Source: an uncultured bacterium
GTDB lineage: Bacteria > UBP7 > UBA6624
Direction: 5' to 3'
DNA length: 64,000 nucleotides
NCBI GenBank assembly: GCA_964012435.1
Contig: CAXGSM010000003.1
Coordinates: 1-64,000, forward strand
This document shows positions 60,674 through 64,000 of the stretch, in pieces. Below the pieces are notes generated by a model that saw only the letters and a list, made by a program, of their open reading frames with translations, searched no databases and was not told where the DNA came from. Both the position numbers and the translations under genes were made by a program. Position 1 is the stretch's first letter. Every line of letters begins with the position of its first letter.

Positions 60674-63478
60674 TTAAGAAATCACCTGTTCAAGATTGTC
60701 AAGCTGTTCCAGGATCTTTCTTGCATCTGGTTCAACTTTTATTCTTAAGCTTTCGTTTTTGATTATCCACTTTTTAGGTATTTTTTTATTTGGTTTTTTC
60801 AGCAGTGTTATTTCAAGAAATTTACCGCTGTATGATGCTTTTTTTATTGGCAGCGATTTGGCTGTTTTGTAAATCATTGAACTTAAGAGAAGATCTTCTA
60901 CCGAATCTGTGACTTCATTTTTTTTGTACCATTCAGTTTTAAGATTTTTTAGATCTTGTTCATTTGCATCTTCAAAAATATATGAATAGACTGACAGCTT
61001 CTCTTGTTCTTCATAGGATCCTGGTAGCATTCCAAAAAATGGTATTGCAATTTCTGGATCAGCTTTTGTTTCCGATTTTTTTATGTTAGCGACTGATTCA
61101 TGTAGCATTTCAGCAAAAAGCTCTAAACCTAATTGCCAAATATGTCCAGATTGATTTGTTCCTAAAACTTCACCAGCACCGCGAAGCTCAAGGTCAGCTT
61201 TTGCTATAGAGAATCCGGCTCCCAAATCACTATATTGAGCAAGTTTTTTGAGTCTTTCTTCTACTTTTTTTGAAGTTGGAGAACCAGGGGGGGTGAAAAA
61301 ACAAGCTGTACCTTTTTTATCCCTCCTTCCAATCCTGCCTCTTAACTGATGAAGCTGGGCAAGACCTAATCTTGTTGCATCCTCTACGATAATTGTGTTT
61401 GCATTGTCAAAATCAACTCCATTTTGGATTATTGTTGTTGTTAGAAGTATTGATTTTTCGTTGTTTGTAAATTCAATCATCCGATTTTCTATTGTTTTTG
61501 GATTTAGTCTTCCGTGAATCGTAATGACATTTTCAAATCGATCATTGAGCCAGGATTCTCGTTTTTTTATTGTGTCTATTTTGTTATGAAGAAAGAAAAC
61601 TTTGCCATTTTTTTGCATTTCATTTTCTATAAGTTTTACTGCATCATTTTCATTCCATTTTTTTATTACTGTTTTTATGGGCAGTCTACCCCTTGGAGGG
61701 GTGGTTATTGTTGTTGCATCCTTTAATCCAACCAATGACGTGAATAGGGTTCTTGGGATTGGAGTTGCAGATAATGTCAAAACATCTACATTTTTATTTT
61801 TTAAAGTTATTTTTTCTTTATGTTTGACTCCGAATCTTTGTTCTTCATCGATTATTAGTAATCCAAGTTTTTCAAAATTTATTTTTTCATTAAGTAATGC
61901 ATGTGTTCCGACGATAAAACAGCATGATCCATTTTTTATTTCAGAATAAGCTTTATTCCTTTCTGCTGCTGATGTCATTCTGGACAGATTGAAACATTTG
62001 ATATCAAAATCTTTCAATCTACGTTTTATTCTTCTGTAATGTTGTTGAACTAGAACTGTAGTTGGTGCCAGCAGTGCAACTTGAAAATTATTCATCAACA
62101 CTCTGAATGCTGCCCTTAAGGCAACTTCTGTTTTTCCATAGCCAACATCACCTGCAAGAATCCGATTCATTATTTTTTCTGAAGACATGTCTTGAAATAT
62201 TTCATTGAGAGCAAGAAGCTGTTCACTTGTTAATTTATGTGGGAATTTTTTCGAAAAGAGAGATTCAAGTTCAAGATCTTTTTTCCAAAACAACTCCCTC
62301 TTCGCATTTTTTCTAGCGTTGTATAGCTTGAATAAATCTTTTGCAAATTGAAGTGTTTCTTTTTTGGTTTTATGTACTTTTTTCTTCCACTTCTTGCCGC
62401 CAAGTTTGTCAAGTTTTTTTACTTGAGGGCCTATGTATCTTTGTATTCTAGTTAGCAGCATTATTGGAACAAGTATTTCATCCGATCCATCAAAAACTAA
62501 TCTCAAGAATTCTTTTTTCTTGCCTGAAACCGTTGCTATTTTTAATCCTCCAAATTTACAAATACCATGATCTTTATGGACAAGATGATCACCAATTTGC
62601 AAATTGTCTAAAGAGAATATTCTTTTTTTTGTTTTCTGGCTTGAAGGCTTCGGTGAAACCCATATTTTTAAATCTTCCCAATATTCATGTGATGTTAAGT
62701 TTGTATCCCACTCTCTACCCCAGCCACATTGAATCAGGTCCACTCCTTTTTCTGCCAGGAAATTTTTCCATTTTTCTTCTTCACCAACATTAGAAAAGAT
62801 GTTATCACTATAAGTGATTCTGAATATGTCTTCTGTGTTAGGGAAGCCAGTAATTCTAGTTATTTTTAAATCTTTTGGAAGGTTTGCTTTATCTTGGATT
62901 TCTCCATCTCTATACAGCCACCAATGTCCTAAATTTGCATAATCTTCTTCAAGTATATTGTCACCTTCAACCAAAGGGGTTATTGCAATTTCTTTATATC
63001 TAGGATCATCCAAGGTTTCTCCAAAAAGCTCAATATCAATAGGTCCTTGTTCATTTGGTGTAAATATATAAAGGCGATCTCCAGACATAAACCATTCTCC
63101 GACCGCCTCTGGTTTGTAGGATTTTCTGGTGTATCCAATCAGATCAAGGTATTCTTTGAGCGAGTGTTTTTTATGAATTTTTTGACCACTCTTCCAAAGG
63201 ATATCTTGTTTTGATTTTTTATTTATTTTTATGATTTCTTTATATGTCAGTATCAAAATTCCTTTATTCTTAACAGGAAGGCAATTCTCTTTTATAGGTC
63301 TATATGATTTTTTAAATATTTTTTGAAAAACTCTTAAATCACTCTCAGGAACAACAAGGACAGATTTTTTTTGTTTTGCAAGTATTATTGCTGAAAGAAG
63401 AAGGGGAGATGGTGAGCCAAACGATTGCGGAAGGTCGATTTTTTTTAATTTACTTGCTAGTTTTTTTGGTAATTTCAA
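60674..63478 (-). CDS. mfd: Transcription-repair coupling factor, shortened
   Basis: CarD-like RID (GDHLVHKDHGI), GDVGYGKT, DEEQRFG, SATPIPRT, QLRGRIGR and DLELRGAG motifs. Confidence 0.92.
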   Translation of the reverse strand: MKLPKKLASKLKKIDLPQSFGSPSPLLLSAIILAKQKKSVLVVPESDLRVFQKIFKKSYRPIKENCLPVKNKGILILTYKEIIKINKKSKQDILWKSGQKIHKKHSLKEYLDLIGYTRKSYKPEAVGEWFMSGDRLYIFTPNEQGPIDIELFGETLDDPRYKEIAITPLVEGDNILEEDYANLGHWWLYRDGEIQDKANLPKDLKITRITGFPNTEDIFRITYSDNIFSNVGEEEKWKNFLAEKGVDLIQCGWGREWDTNLTSHEYWEDLKIWVSPKPSSQKTKKRIFSLDNLQIGDHLVHKDHGICKFGGLKIATVSGKKKEFLRLVFDGSDEILVPIMLLTRIQRYIGPQVKKLDKLGGKKWKKKVHKTKKETLQFAKDLFKLYNARKNAKRELFWKKDLELESLFSKKFPHKLTSEQLLALNEIFQDMSSEKIMNRILAGDVGYGKTEVALRAAFRVLMNNFQVALLAPTTVLVQQHYRRIKRRLKDFDIKCFNLSRMTSAAERNKAYSEIKNGSCCFIVGTHALLNEKINFEKLGLLIIDEEQRFGVKHKEKITLKNKNVDVLTLSATPIPRTLFTSLVGLKDATTITTPPRGRLPIKTVIKKWNENDAVKLIENEMQKNGKVFFLHNKIDTIKKRESWLNDRFENVITIHGRLNPKTIENRMIEFTNNEKSILLTTTIIQNGVDFDNANTIIVEDATRLGLAQLHQLRGRIGRRDKKGTACFFTPPGSPTSKKVEERLKKLAQYSDLGAGFSIAKADLELRGAGEVLGTNQSGHIWQLGLELFAEMLHESVANIKKSETKADPEIAIPFFGMLPGSYEEQEKLSVYSYIFEDANEQDLKNLKTEWYKKNEVTDSVEDLLLSSMIYKTAKSLPIKKASYSGKFLEITLLKKPNKKIPKKWIIKNESLRIKVEPDARKILEQLDNLEQVIS

Positions 63479-63999
63479 TTTTGATTTTCTATTTGAAAAA
63501 TTAATACTCTATTTGTCCCAGGGTTTGTAACGGCTATAAAATTTTGATCATCTGAAACTGTTACACCAAAAGGGTTATCAAAAAGCCTTGAGCCGAACTG
63601 TTCGTTTCCATACATGATTCTTAACACTTGGTTTTCATCCCACGCTTGAATTCGAGAGTTGCCTGTGTCTGAAACAAACAGCCAACCATTATTGAAAGTA
63701 ATCCCATGTGGCGCTAAAAGCTCTGCGGGGCCAACGCCATTTAAGCCAATTTTTTTGACCTCACCACCATCAGAGTTATAGCCAATAATTGAACCAATTG
63801 CTTCATCAGGAACCCATAAAAGATTTTCATTTCCCCATTCGATATCTGTTGGTTGGGCAAATGGGGTGGATATCTTTTTGTTTAATACAAATTGTTTTGT
63901 TTTTTCCTCTAGTTTTTTAGTTTCTGTATTCATGATTTGCATTTTTGCTTTGCTTCCATCTTCATTAAGCAGCACAGCAGTAGATCTTTTTTTATCTAT
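63475..63999 (-). CDS. NHL-repeat beta-propeller protein, 5'-partial
   Basis: F.QPTDI, PHGI...FVSDTGNSRIQ and FDNPFGV...NRVLIF repeats; frame open to the window end. Confidence 0.8.
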   Translation of the reverse strand: MDKKRSTAVLLNEDGSKAKMQIMNTETKKLEEKTKQFVLNKKISTPFAQPTDIEWGNENLLWVPDEAIGSIIGYNSDGGEVKKIGLNGVGPAELLAPHGITFNNGWLFVSDTGNSRIQAWDENQVLRIMYGNEQFGSRLFDNPFGVTVSDDQNFIAVTNPGTNRVLIFQIENQN

Positions 64000-64000
64000 T

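Overview
This is a densely packed, AT-rich (roughly one-third GC by eye) bacterial chromosome segment with about 70 CDSs and frequent ATGA/GTGA/TTGA stop-start overlaps. I saw no rRNA, tRNA, CRISPR array or mobile element. In order it holds: a partial EamA transporter; a Tat-exported GH109-type enzyme; a shikimate operon (orphan TrpG/PabA, aroA, aroE, aroC, aroK-aroB fusion, aroQ); a secreted metzincin/PKD protease operon; groES-groEL; and an envelope quality-control cluster (Yip1-like protein, BON lipoprotein, three HtrA paralogues, SurA-like lipoprotein). Then come eno, a GDP-sugar SDR, the full F1Fo operon, murA, yvcK, gap-pgk-tpiA, a SEDS protein, nucleotide-sugar genes, msrA, phnCE-like genes, alr and nnr. 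The right end has a two-block, non-canonical phenylacetyl-CoA-type (paa) catabolic cluster, a GH5 glycosidase, a shortened mfd and a partial NHL protein. The most striking observation is the tandem HtrA trio. Only the middle copy keeps the His-Asp-Ser triad, and it also carries a canonical EF-hand loop. Both flanking copies are full-length pseudoproteases, which suggests a heteromeric protease complex. Other notable signals are a probable non-canonical (ACG) start for murA, back-to-back leaderless promoters, His-rich tails on ATP synthase subunit a, and a paa epoxidase module with two PaaB-like genes, a split PaaD and no PaaE. All calls are motif-based readings by eye; no database search was run.
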